Origin: Camelus dromedarius
Taxonomy: Eukaryota
NCBI RefSeq assembly: GCF_036321535.1
Contig: NC_087436.1
Coordinates: forward strand, 54,376,001-54,440,000
Reading direction: 5' to 3'
DNA: 64,000 bases
Below are positions 27,010 through 38,612 of the stretch, in pieces. The position numbers and the translations under genes are program-made. How positions within the stretch are numbered: the stretch's first letter is position 1; each line of letters starts with the position of its first letter. The notes beneath the pieces were generated by a model. That model was given only the letters and a program-made list of their open reading frames with translations. It was not told where the DNA came from and made no database searches.

Positions 27010-27300
27010 TTTTAAAAATTGTGGTAAGATACATGTAACAAACAATTTACTATCTTAACCACTTTTAAGTGTAGAGTTCAGTGGTATTAAGTAATTTACA
27101 TTGTTGTGCTACCATCACCACCATCTATCCACAGAACTGTTTTCATCTTGCAAAACTTGAAACACTACCCTTATAACACTAATTCTCCCAGTCCCTGGAA
27201 ACCACCATTCTACTTTGTCTCTATTAATTTGTCTACTGTAAGTACTTTATATAAGTGAAATCATGCAAATTATCTTTCTTTTTTTTGAGTTGGTTATCAT
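27010..27300 (-). mobile_element. L1MB-type 3' UTR fragment
   Basis: aattgtggtaagatacatgtaacaaacaatttactatcttaaccacttttaagtgtagagttcagtggtattaag...gtccctggaaaccaccattctactttgtctct. Confidence 0.8.
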
Positions 27301-27380
27301 TTTATCCAAAAAAGTCCATCATACTTTTTTTTTTTTTAACCTGGAGACTTTTTTCTGGGAGCTCTGTTGACCTGTTTTGT

Positions 27381-27412
<32 letters not shown>

Positions 27413-28619
27413 TTGCATTGGTTTTCCACTAGGAATGGATGTGTTGGATATATATTAGTGTTGGGCTAACATTTTATTGAAGTGGTGGCAGGAGTTTATA
27501 TTTCAAAGTGCCTTTGTTTTTCTCTTACACTGTCTTCCTTTGCTCCATTATATTCTAATGCCCAGTTTTGCTGATGCAAATACAGATAGGCGGCATTTTG
27601 AATTTTTTGTCCTTTGTAGGTGACTTGTATTCCTTTCTGTGGAAACATTTAGGATGTTCTGTTTATCCTCAATATTCTATAATTTTGCAATGATATATCT
27701 GTGGTTGAGTATCTTAATCAATTTGTATTCAGGCTCTGTACATTTTTTAGTATCCTTTTACATTTGAAGAATTATGTCCCTTTCCAGAAATCTAGAATTT
27801 ATTTCATAATTTCCCCTTAGAATTTTTTATTTTCTCCTTCTGGGAATTCTGGATTTTGTACGTACTAGATGGTTTTTCAAAAAAAACATCTTTTTACTTT
27901 TCTATCATATTCTCTCTCTCTCTCTTTTTTTTTTCCTTTGGCTATTTTTGTCTGACTGAATTTTCTATACCAAGTTAAGTGCTCTTAGAATACATTCTTG
28001 TTCTGTTGTTTATTTTATAGATGCAATATTGTAAATGTATTTTAGCCTATTAATTATTTCGTTAGTTTTTTAAAGTTCTATTTGTTTTCCTAACAATCTT
28101 GTTTTCCTCTAAGGTCAGTTTTTAAAATTGTTTTTGGTCTTTGTCTTTTGTGTGTTAGCAATACTCATATGCCAACTGATCTTTGGTGTCTGTTCATATA
28201 TTTTCAAAAAATTATCTATTTGGGTGCCCTTTGAGTGCACCAATATAAGTGGTACTATTCTCTTTTTCTCTGTTTTTAACAACAGTTCTGATTTTCAACT
28301 CTTTCTTGTTTGGCAGAGGTATGGCATATGATGAATAGTGAGCTTTGCTTTAGGATGAATAAGCAGACCAGGTGACTTCCTTCTCATTATAATACCTCAT
28401 TCCAGTTCCATGTGCTCTTTTTTCTTAAATGTCAGTGTGAAGGATGGGCGAGGATGATGGGTAGAAGAACATTGCACCTTAAACTGCTTAGTCATCTAAG
28501 AGCAAAGATAAGTCAATTGACAGAGATAAGAAGAGTTTGGGTAGTGGTGCATTCTCAGGTGTTTTCACTTCTCTGCTCTGTGCTCTTTAAAAAAGTACTT
28601 TAATAAAGACCTGCAGAAA

Positions 28620-29960
28620 CAGTATTTTAATTACATTTGCCTACTCGTGTTAAAAAACAAAAACTCAGAAAACTGTCGACACAAGTAAGTTCCTTAACTT
28701 GATAAAGGTTATAAACCTAAGAACTTAAACTAAGTGTTTAAGGGAAGAAAGCCAGGGATAGCCACTATTACCATACCTTCTTAACAAAGTAGGTGGTTCA
28801 TGCTGTTACTTAAGGATAGAATTCCTAAGAACACAGAAGAAATAGAAGGGTTGAAAGAAAAGAAATGAAACTATCTTTAATTTCAGATTACAGCATCATA
28901 TAGCAAAACAATTTTTTTAAATCCAGAAACTACTAGAACTAACAAAATTCAGCACACTTGCTAGATGTAAGAATCATGTACCAATGAGTAATATTTCTCT
29001 ATACCAGCAGTGATCATGTATAAAAAAATGATTAAGGTAAATATAATTTCCAAAAGGAATAAACTTTCTAGGAATTAAGGAATTCTATTTTTTTCCATAA
29101 AGAGAATTTTAAAATTCTAACAATGGACAGAGATAATGGTCTTAATAAATGAGCTAATTCTAGGCTCTTGAGTGGGATGACTGTGTAATGAATATATTAA
29201 TTTTTCCTGTTTTAATTTATAAACTGTAACCCCACTTAAAATTCTAGTTGGACTTTTTGAAGAAATTGATAAATACACCAAAACATATTTTAAAACATAA
29301 AGGTACGTGAATAATTTTTAAGAAAAAGAATAAAGGAAGGGGAAGAATTCCTGTATCATTTATTAAAATGTATTACAGAGGTATATTAATAAAAACATTG
29401 TGGTTTTGGCAAAAAATAAGATAAATGAATAATGAGACAAAAAAGTACAAAGATGGAGCTATGCATATATGAAGACAATTTATTATAAAGGTGTTACCAC
29501 AAATTAATGGTAAAGGAAAAATTTAGTCAGACACGCTAGGAAAACGGACACAGTAACCAAAGAAAAATAAAATTAGAGCCTTACAAAACACCACATACAA
29601 TGATGGAATCCAGATGGATTAAAGACTCAGAAGATAAAGCTACAAAGTTAGTAGAACAAAATACTGGGACTACCACTGCACCTTAAAAAGTGGTGAAAGG
29701 CTGCTTATTAAAAACTTGAAAAGTAAGAACCATAAGGCAAAAAATGCTATGAGTTTGATTGTATCAAACACTAAGGACTTCAGTTCAACGTTGGGCACCC
29801 TAGGCAAAGTTAAGTAACTAACAGATGAAGAATGTATCTGCAGTGTTTAAAACTGACGTAGACTTTAATCTGGACTAAAACAGGAATTTGTGAATTCAAA
29901 AAGAACAAAACAAGAAACCCAAAGAGAAAAATTGGCAGAGCATATGAAATGACTTTATAG
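28620..29960 (+). mobile_element. Very old L1 (L1ME-like) ORF2 fragments
   Basis: A-rich collinear ORF2 remnants (aaactactagaactaa...atttctctataccagcag; ccagatggattaaagac; tcaaacactaaggacttcagttcaa; attggcagagcatatgaa). Confidence 0.6.
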
Positions 29961-32900
29961 TCTCTACTGATTATTGCTTATTTTAGTCTTCTCCATGGAA
30001 ATTTAACTTATTCCAGAAAGACTCATGTTTCTTCTTCTTAAAGCGCGTTTATTCTTTTGTTACTATTATTAAAGTATAAAAATAAATGTTAACGTTTTTA
30101 AACCTCAGGGAGTAACAATTATTGTAACAGCAAAAACGAATTCCCCTAAAAAGTCTGGCAATTATGTGACAAACACGCAGGACCCTGACTAGTAATAAAG
30201 TTCTCTAAAGACTCAGTGGAGTTATAATTATCAAGTCATTTCTAAAGAAAGGAATAATGCATTTTACAAAACAAATTGTCACGAGAAATAATATAGTGTT
30301 GGGTTTCATCTAAGTGTAAACTCACCATTTCCCCTCAAGGCTTAAACAAATATTACATGAGTGAGGGCTCTTGTAAAATGTTATGTTTTGAAATAGATTT
30401 CATTAATGGTTTCTAGTGATAATTTATTTCTCTCTTTATGCACAAGTCTCTTCTCACACTAATAATGAATAGCTTATTTGCATATAAATAGATTTCAGTA
30501 TTTGCTGAAGCAGAGACCAAACATGTTTCTCTCCCCCCTGGACATTGTTAAACAGAATAAAAAGAGGGGATGGGAATATTATAATAATTAGCAATTGATA
30601 CTTAAAATAATTTTACTGATCAAAAAATTTTGCAGGCAACTTTCTTTGGTGTTTTTATTGATATACTGCATTTCAAAGGTTTTGACCTCTATTAAAATCA
30701 TTAAAAAAAAGAATCTGTGCAGTTTTCTTTGTGATTTTTTTTTTATATATATACCTATGCCTCAAACAAAAACAACGTAACAGCTTGATACTGGTTATTG
30801 AAATATTTACAATGACCCTCTGGGTATCCTCTCCTAATTAGTTTTTGCTGTTTTCACTGATAAGTTAGCATGTTCTGTTTTAGAGAAAGTAAATGTCATT
30901 TTTGTGACCATATTGCTTAATTAAGTAAATCCCTTATTTTTGAGATATAACAGCTCACACACTTACGATAGAGAGATATTTTGTTCCTTTTAGTTAAGAA
31001 TGTGTAAATGTTAATCTTTCAGTTATCATAGGGTTAAAGTATGAAATCTTAAAAAAATTTAATTATTAGAACATATGTCCTAAGTAAATATGTCTTATAA
31101 TAAAAAGGTTTTTTGAGCCTACTTTTGTTTCAGCTAAGGATGGTCGTTAGTGGAGAAAGAAAAATTCACTTAATGTTTTTTAAAAGATATCTATTTAATG
31201 TTTGGTCCTTGACTTTCAGTGTTTGAAATAGGTTACATTTCTCTGTCATTGTTCTTTAAGTGAATAAGAGGCATCATCTTGTGACACACTTAGTATTTTT
31301 AGGTAATTCTTTCAGAAAATAAAAATTAAGATAACAGCTGCTTTCTGGTAGGTACAATGTCTATTAATAAATGTGTCTTTCTGACCAGCAGAGTGACTCA
31401 GTGGAAAGTGAATAATGACTTCAGCTTTCAAAAAAGACAAGAAACATGACCATACTATTTGAGCAATTCTGTTTCACTTGATTTTTGTTACTTGAGTAAA
31501 TACTGTTTTCATCTATTCTTATATATATATGCTTGCTAAGATGAGTGAGGTGGTTCCTATGGGTACAAAGCCCTTTCCAAACATGGAGCCAAAGGTATCC
31601 TGAAAGAAGTGGTAAAAACACTGTATTTAAGTCTATGTATTTTAAAATATATACAGATCTTTTCTACCCATTAAAAAGACTGAGAAAGAAAATTGTCCCT
31701 CAGAGAACATGACACATTGCATTCTGCCACAGAGAGGCAGCCTTCACCAAAACATAAAACTTAGGGCCATTTGGTTTTGGAAAATAATATTTAACTCTAG
31801 ATTAAAAAAAAAAATTATAACAGGTTTAGAAAGTAGCAGTGTGTGGCAGCCTTGACAATTAGGAGTCTGACAGTATGGTGATTTGAAGACAACTTGGTTT
31901 TCAGAACTGTGACATTTTTGTTTTCCTTAAGTGTTTATGCACTTATAAATTTAAAAGTGTAAGTGTAAAACCAAACTTATATCCACTTTGATATGCTAGT
32001 GAATTAATAATCCTGGAACAAAGTTTCTAAATTTATTCCATCTTTTAAGCCTAATTCACCTGTTAGGGAAATGTAATGTTCAGATAAAAGCATAATATTC
32101 TCATTTAATTAACATGTTTTTTGTTTGGCAAATTTGTTGCTTTTGGAAGGTGCTAGAGACAGCAAAAGAAGATGAAGAAGGCAGTGTGAAATATTGGAAA
32201 GCATTCTTAAAAAACATAGAGCAAGTCACAGTTCAGCTATTAACTCAATTTCCTGTAAAATTTAAATAATTTGATTTTCCCCTCTTTCCTCTCAGGGATG
32301 TTCTAAGGATTAAAAGTGGTTGAATGATTTGATTCTTACTCATTTTGTGACTTTGTAGAAGTTGCTTAACTTTTCTGGGCCATTTTATCCCCCTTTGATT
32401 AAAGAAGGAAACTAAAACTTAACAAGATTTACAGAATGTATGAAGCTTATATGGCCAGTATACAGAAAGCTTGATTTTGAGTTTAGGTTAAAGATTTATT
32501 CTGGGAAATAATAGATAAAGTAGAGATGGAAGTATACATATTTCATAGAATTGTATCTTCTGTCATCATGAAATAAGTTTTGCACTTATTTGGCCCAAAA
32601 TTGAAATCATGTGACATGCCCATGACAGAATTCATGATATTTTAAAGGATATACACTGAAGAGTAAATCTCTTTCCTATCTTAATAATGCCAGTGTCCTA
32701 CTAATCTCTTTCCTCTCAGGAACGAATTATTCTAAACTTATTACAAACATTTATGTGATATATCATCTAAATGCCATTTTCACATTCTTTATAGTAATTC
32801 GCATTCACAGTATTTATTTTTTCCATAGACAATTACTGAGAAAGAAAAATAAAATGAAAAAAGAATAGTGAAAATGCTTATAAGTCATGAGAATAGACTC

Positions 32901-33214
32901 TAGTGGACACAAAAATTGAGCCTTCCTTGGTTTGGCTTAGTTCAGCTCAGCAAGCATTGGCTCTACCATAAACAGGCACTGAGACATAGAGATTCAGGTG
33001 TGTTCTAGAGGAAAGAATAGTCTCATCCATAATTTCTTAAGGTTAATTCTTTGGATCGTGAGTTCTTGAGATTTAGGGGAAAATGATTAAATGTTTAAGT
33101 ATATTTGAGAATAGCTGCATACTAAATTGTCACAGTTGAGAAGTCTAAAGCAATGAGTTTTGTTAAAATTATGTTTTCTTGTTTCCACTTTCAGAGAATA
33201 TGATTTACTGTTTT

Positions 33215-33300
33215 GTCATGAATCCAAAGAATCTGCATTCTAACACTAATCTGAGTGATTCTGATGCCTGTGGTCCATGAACTACACTTTGAGAAAGATT
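33215..33300. mobile_element. MER5A-like hAT fragment
   Basis: aagaatctgcattctaacac...gtgattctgatgcctgtggtccatgaactacactttgagaaa. Confidence 0.7.
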
Positions 33301-36300
33301 AGTTTGAAATATTTGGTGCTGAATATGATCTTTGATTTTTAGTCTTAATATTTCAAGCCACAATTCAGCCAGATGCCAGTGGAGAAACATGTCTAAAGCT
33401 ATGGAAGGGCTGTGAATAGGTCCTGTGGGTCATGGGTGTTGAAGACAGATGAGGAAACCCTTAACTATTTGGAAACAAACATCATTAACATAACAAATCC
33501 CACTGTTATTTGTCTTTGTTAAATTAATTAGTGGTAGTTGATGAGAAGGCTTGAAAGGGAAGAATTCTGCTGAGTTTATGAGGTGGCCTGCTATTATTCC
33601 ATGAAGGTATGGGAACAGGGTTGGAAAATATTTACATTATATAATTGCAAGAACAGAATGAACAGAGAACACTGTTAAGGTGAAGAAAATTTTTATTTAG
33701 CTTTAAATGTATGGATAGATTTAAATTTACTGAAAATGAGCAAGAAACTTTCTGACATACTTGATGGTTAACCTGTTAGTTTTTGTTTGATCTCTGATGA
33801 ATATAAACAAAACATTTGTGAATGAAAACCTGAAAATCCCAGTCTCTCATTCATATACTCATGGGTTTAAGATGCAGAATTTATTCAATTAAGTTGCAAA
33901 TAAAAATATTAACCCTTGATAATAACCTTTAATTGACCTGTCATTATATAAATTATGTAAGCTCTTTCAGAAAAGTCTGAACTCTGTGAGTCTAGCTTTG
34001 TTGTAGCAATTTGTAGCAGACCTAGTCAAAGATTCAAATCTAAACACACTTAGGAGCCTAACAATTTTTAGCATGTTAAGAAAATGGCAGTAGTCACCAT
34101 TAAAATGGTAAAAATAAGGCATTTTACAAGTTTTGCTTCAAATCATAGCTCATTTACTATAGTTTCTTAGGTAATTTAGTTTGATTAATACTAATTAAAT
34201 GTTTTAATTATTTAAAAATTAAGGTATTTATATTTAAAGAACTCTACCTAACTTGATCTATGACATGACACGTTTTTCAAAAATGTATAGCATTTTCCCA
34301 GTTTTTGCACACAGTATTCACAGAGCTAAGTGCCAGTTTTAAGAGGGAATACCTTACCATTTCAGCTCTAATTAACTATTAACGTAATGATCGTGATCTA
34401 AGAGGACTTGGAATGTATGTTGAGACTCTTCTACGTTTTGCTTAGTGTTCTCAGCATTCTGGCTCCAAACCTTTAAAAATGGACAGTTGGAATATAGAAC
34501 CCAAATTCAGTTAAGAAAACTTGCTACTAATATGTCAAACCAACTGTGAGGTGTTTTATTTACCTTGAAGATAATTTCATGTTTTATTGAATTTATTGAT
34601 CAGTTGATAATTTTGTTCATTGATCAGTAAAAATCTTCATGTGTTACATATTTATATACTACTTACTCAAAATGGTATTGGGTGAAAGTTGATCATCCTT
34701 CCAGTTGGTTCCAATAATTCATACAGGAAGTGTGTTGTGCCTACATTTACTATACTGGTGAAAGTCACTCAGATATGTATACTGTACTTATGTTATCAGA
34801 GAGCAAAATTATCTTTTTTAGTAGGAGCAGTTCAAAGACTTCATCTGATAAGGTTTTAGATGCATGTTTTTACAAGTATGTGTTTCGAGGTAAACAGACA
34901 TCATTGTCTGAAGGTTTATTTCAGTCAAGCCAAATTCCTGTGATTTTGTGTTTATATGTCACAGGAGTGCAGTCCTACTACTTACTCAGTACTAGGACAC
35001 ACGTTTTAACAGGTGGATAATTTAGAAAGACTCCAGTAGACGCAGCTCTCATTCAACTTAGGTTGAAGTGTGTAATAACAGTCCATGTCTTAGAGACTGT
35101 GTTGGCAATAATTCCGAGATACTCTAAAGTAACTTTAAGGTATCATCCTTAAGTATTTAAGATTTTATTTCTTAAAATATATAATACCCACTTTGTTTTT
35201 GGAAAGAGAAGTCAACAATATGGTAAAACATACATGAAAATTTTGGTTAAAGGTTTATGCATTATTGGAACTCTTGTTTCATCAGTTTAATAGACTATGC
35301 AGTTTTGTGGTTGTAATCTGAAGTGCCATTTAATCAAATCAAATCTTAGAAGCAGGAGAACATTAAACCTAAATGTGGTTTTGGCATTGATGATACTTCC
35401 TTGTGTACTAATCTTTTGTCTTTACTTTTATTTCATTTGTAGAGTTGATGAATAAAATCAGTGTGAGAAAATGCATTCCATAAAAATCTAAGCTCTCCAA
35501 ATGACATTTTAAAGTCATGCAGTCCATTTCAATGAACAATTTTCTAAATGGCTTTTTTAATTTCTAAAGATATGCTCACATATGGGGTATTTACTTTTCA
35601 GTATGTTTCTGTCGCCTTTAGATAAAAAAAGAACTTGATATTCATAAGCAGAATTGACAACATGATTTATAAATTTTAGCTCATTATGAAGACAGCCATT
35701 TTTTAATACAAGATTTTGCAGCTTTGTTCATAGAATTAGTTATTTCTGAGCCCACTCTAATGTACCAAAATGATTTTCATTTTAAATTACTCATTGTTCC
35801 TGTTCTCTCCCATTTTTGCCCTGTAGCATTGGTTGACATTTCAGAGAGAGTAAGTTGGCATAGGGCTGGAAAACGTAATTATAAGAATCACCTGCTCTTG
35901 AATTTCCCATTATATAGTAGTCATGATTTGGGCAGACTTTTCATAGGTGTTTGATTTAGAATGAGAAGTTTTCTTCTTCCATGACCTGCTATTAAAATGT
36001 GACATTTTGGTAAATAAATAGAAGATAGTTTCTGCGTAATCCAGCTGTGAATCAGAGCTGGTGAAACAATGTAAATCTTTGACTTGTATCATATAAGCAG
36101 TAACGTATGTAATTGGAAGTACATTTTAAGATTAAGTGCAGTAAACCTTTTTTCATGCTCTGTATCTTAAAGCAAATTAAGTGCTAAAATACAGCAAAGT
36201 GCATATTAAAAGTTTTGCTTCACTTAATGCTCCTCAAAGGAATTCCAATAAAAGGAAATTTACAACTATATTTGAATATTTTCTTTTCTTTTTAATGAGT

Positions 36301-36727
36301 TATAACCATGAATGTAAATACTTGTCAGTTGCTTTAGCATGATGGTAAAGGCACAGGCTAGATGATATTTCTTCATAACTAAAAATAAAACTTACTGTTA
36401 CAGTACTGTTTTGATACTATCCTTACCTATTGCATTAACCTTTATAAATCTTTGTGGTTAAAGTTGCAATTTTCAATTAATTGACTGTGGAATTGTGTAC
36501 TTAGTTCCTGATGATAGTTTGTGTTTGTTTCTAGGTACATTTTCCCATGCATAACTTGGTTTGTGTATTTAAGACTCTGTTAAGATTATGTATGTCTATA
36601 TACATTATTTTCTGCAGTATAAATATCAATTGTATTATTTCAAAGTCATGCATGCTTTTTTTTTAAAATAGTGAGATGTCATCTGCTATAATACTTGACA
36701 TTTGGTAGATCAAAACACATTAGGTTC

Positions 36728-37113
36728 TGTTCTAGTCAATCGGGCTGCTATAACAAAAATACAATAGACTGGATGACTTAAATAATAGAAATGTATTTCT
36801 CACAATTCTGGAGTCTGAGAAGTTCAAGATCAAGGTGCCCAAGGTGCTGGCCAATTCTGTTCCTAGTGAGGGTCCTCTTCCTGGTTTGTAGATAGACATT
36901 TTGCTGTATCTTCACACGGGGATGATGGGAAGAGAAAGAGAGAGAATGAGAATAAGCTCCTTATGTCTCTTCTTATAAGGACTCTAGTCCTGTCATGCGG
37001 GCTCCACCCTTGTGACCTAATTACCTCTCAAAAGCCCCATTTCCAAATACCATCACATTGGGGATTAAGGTCTTAACATATAAATTGTCGAGGGACACAT
37101 TGAGTTTATAGCA
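36728..37113 (-). mobile_element. MLT1A-like MaLR solo LTR, complete
   Basis: TG...CA termini (tgttctagtc ... tttatagca); internal gggctgctataacaaaa, caagatcaaggtg and ccaaataccatcacattggg. TSD ggttc (36723-36727) / gcttc (37114-37118). Confidence 0.88.
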
Positions 37114-37739
37114 GCTTCCCACAAGCGTTTTATAACCTTGGATATCTTTCCTATTAATTGAATTGATAATAGAATGGTTGATCTAGAGCCAAATGCTATG
37201 TTTTATTTTAAATTTTAAAATGTCCTATGTTAATGAAGATAAAGCATTCAGTGTGAACTTATCAATTCTAATATATTTAAGAGTTTAAAATGTTAACAGG
37301 AATCTACTCTCCAAAGTGGTTTTGAATTGCATGTTTACTATGGAGATAGAGACATTAATTTTGTATTCTATTAGTATCTTTATATCTCCTCTATTTCACT
37401 GTTTATGTTCATTGTCAATATTCTGTGCTCCAATTTTTTATTCCCTCTTCCCACACAGTGTTTCTTCAGTGACGTCTAGTTTCACCTCATCACCACTCTT
37501 CTAAAGTTACATTCCACATACTCTACAGTGACCTCTCTATAAGTGTCCTCTTGAAATATTTGATATAGTAGACCTCTAATACTCTTCATATACAGGGCGT
37601 GTCATGGAATAGACACACAATAAGCCTGGTTAACGTGGAAAAGGAGAAAAATAACCTCTCCTTGTTTTCTCTTTATGCTGTTGTAATAGCTATATTCTAC
37701 TCACCAGACTATTTCCTTCTTGGACTCCACATTCTTTCC

Positions 37740-38610
37740 CTTAGAGAACCCTCAATTATTGCCTCTGTGTGAATAACATCATTCTTTTTCTCCACACCAG
37801 CTTTCTCATGAGCTTCAATTACATATCTGCAATTGTTCTCTAGACATTTCTGTTTCAATATCCTGCATTTTTCAGATATAACTGGTTCAAAATCAAGCAC
37901 AAGATGTTCCTCTCCTTGTTCCGTGTTTCCTTATTTCTGTCACAGTGTTACTTTTTGCATAGCCACTATCCATTTTTATCTTCTTCTAATCACTATACAT
38001 ACTGTTTGTTGCATCTCTTAGAAAATATCCTGAATTGTTCTTCCTTTCCCTTATCAATGTTAGTAAACTCCTTGTTAGTGACCCTGAAACAGACCATCTT
38101 CAAGTTATCCTATTCTATAAACTACTGCCAGAGTTTATGTCTTAAACTATGTCTTTCTTCATGGATCTCCTTTAGTCTAAAACCGTGAAGAGCTAGATTA
38201 AGGAAATGGCTTTCAACCCTTTAAAAAAATTACTCAACAACTTTGGTTAAATAAAATCTTACATGGGACCCAAACAAAATAGTAAATCAGTTGTTGTTTT
38301 GACTGAAAATATTTAAAGCCTGTTTATTTTGGGCTTTACCTACACATTGCCCCTGGGCACATCTGTGGAATTTTGGGGACATTTTAGAATACAGTTTTAA
38401 ACCTGTGGGCTCTAGTACAAAATCTTTATTTAGGATTAGGCTCTATTCCATCCAGCCAGTCTGCTTACTACATTCAATTGTTGCCTGTAAATTCCACCTT
38501 TGTGCCTTGACTTCTATCATGTTTAGTGTCCAGAATGCTGTTAAACCATCTTTCTGCTTCTTTAAATCTTACTCATGTCTCCAAATGCAGTTCAGTTACC
38601 ATGTCTTCAC
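37740..38610 (+). mobile_element. Degenerate L2 fragments, with a probable hAT MER at approx. 38205-38405
   Basis: Pyrimidine-rich L2-like tracts (ccagctttctcatgagcttcaattacatatctgcaattg; aaatcttactcatgtctccaaatgcagttcag). Confidence 0.45.
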
Positions 38611-38612
38611 TG

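Noticed and set aside
31394..31412. AP-1 site TGACTCA next to GGAAAGTGAA (possible AP-1/IRF or NFAT composite)
   Set aside because: Spacing and orientation do not fit the canonical composite elements, and isolated motifs are unsupported without chromatin data.
953..37504. Numerous 60-96 aa ORFs, many with TTG/GTG starts
   Set aside because: Low-complexity F/L/I/K-rich translations expected by chance in AT-rich intron or repeat DNA; no recognisable domains apart from L1 remnants.
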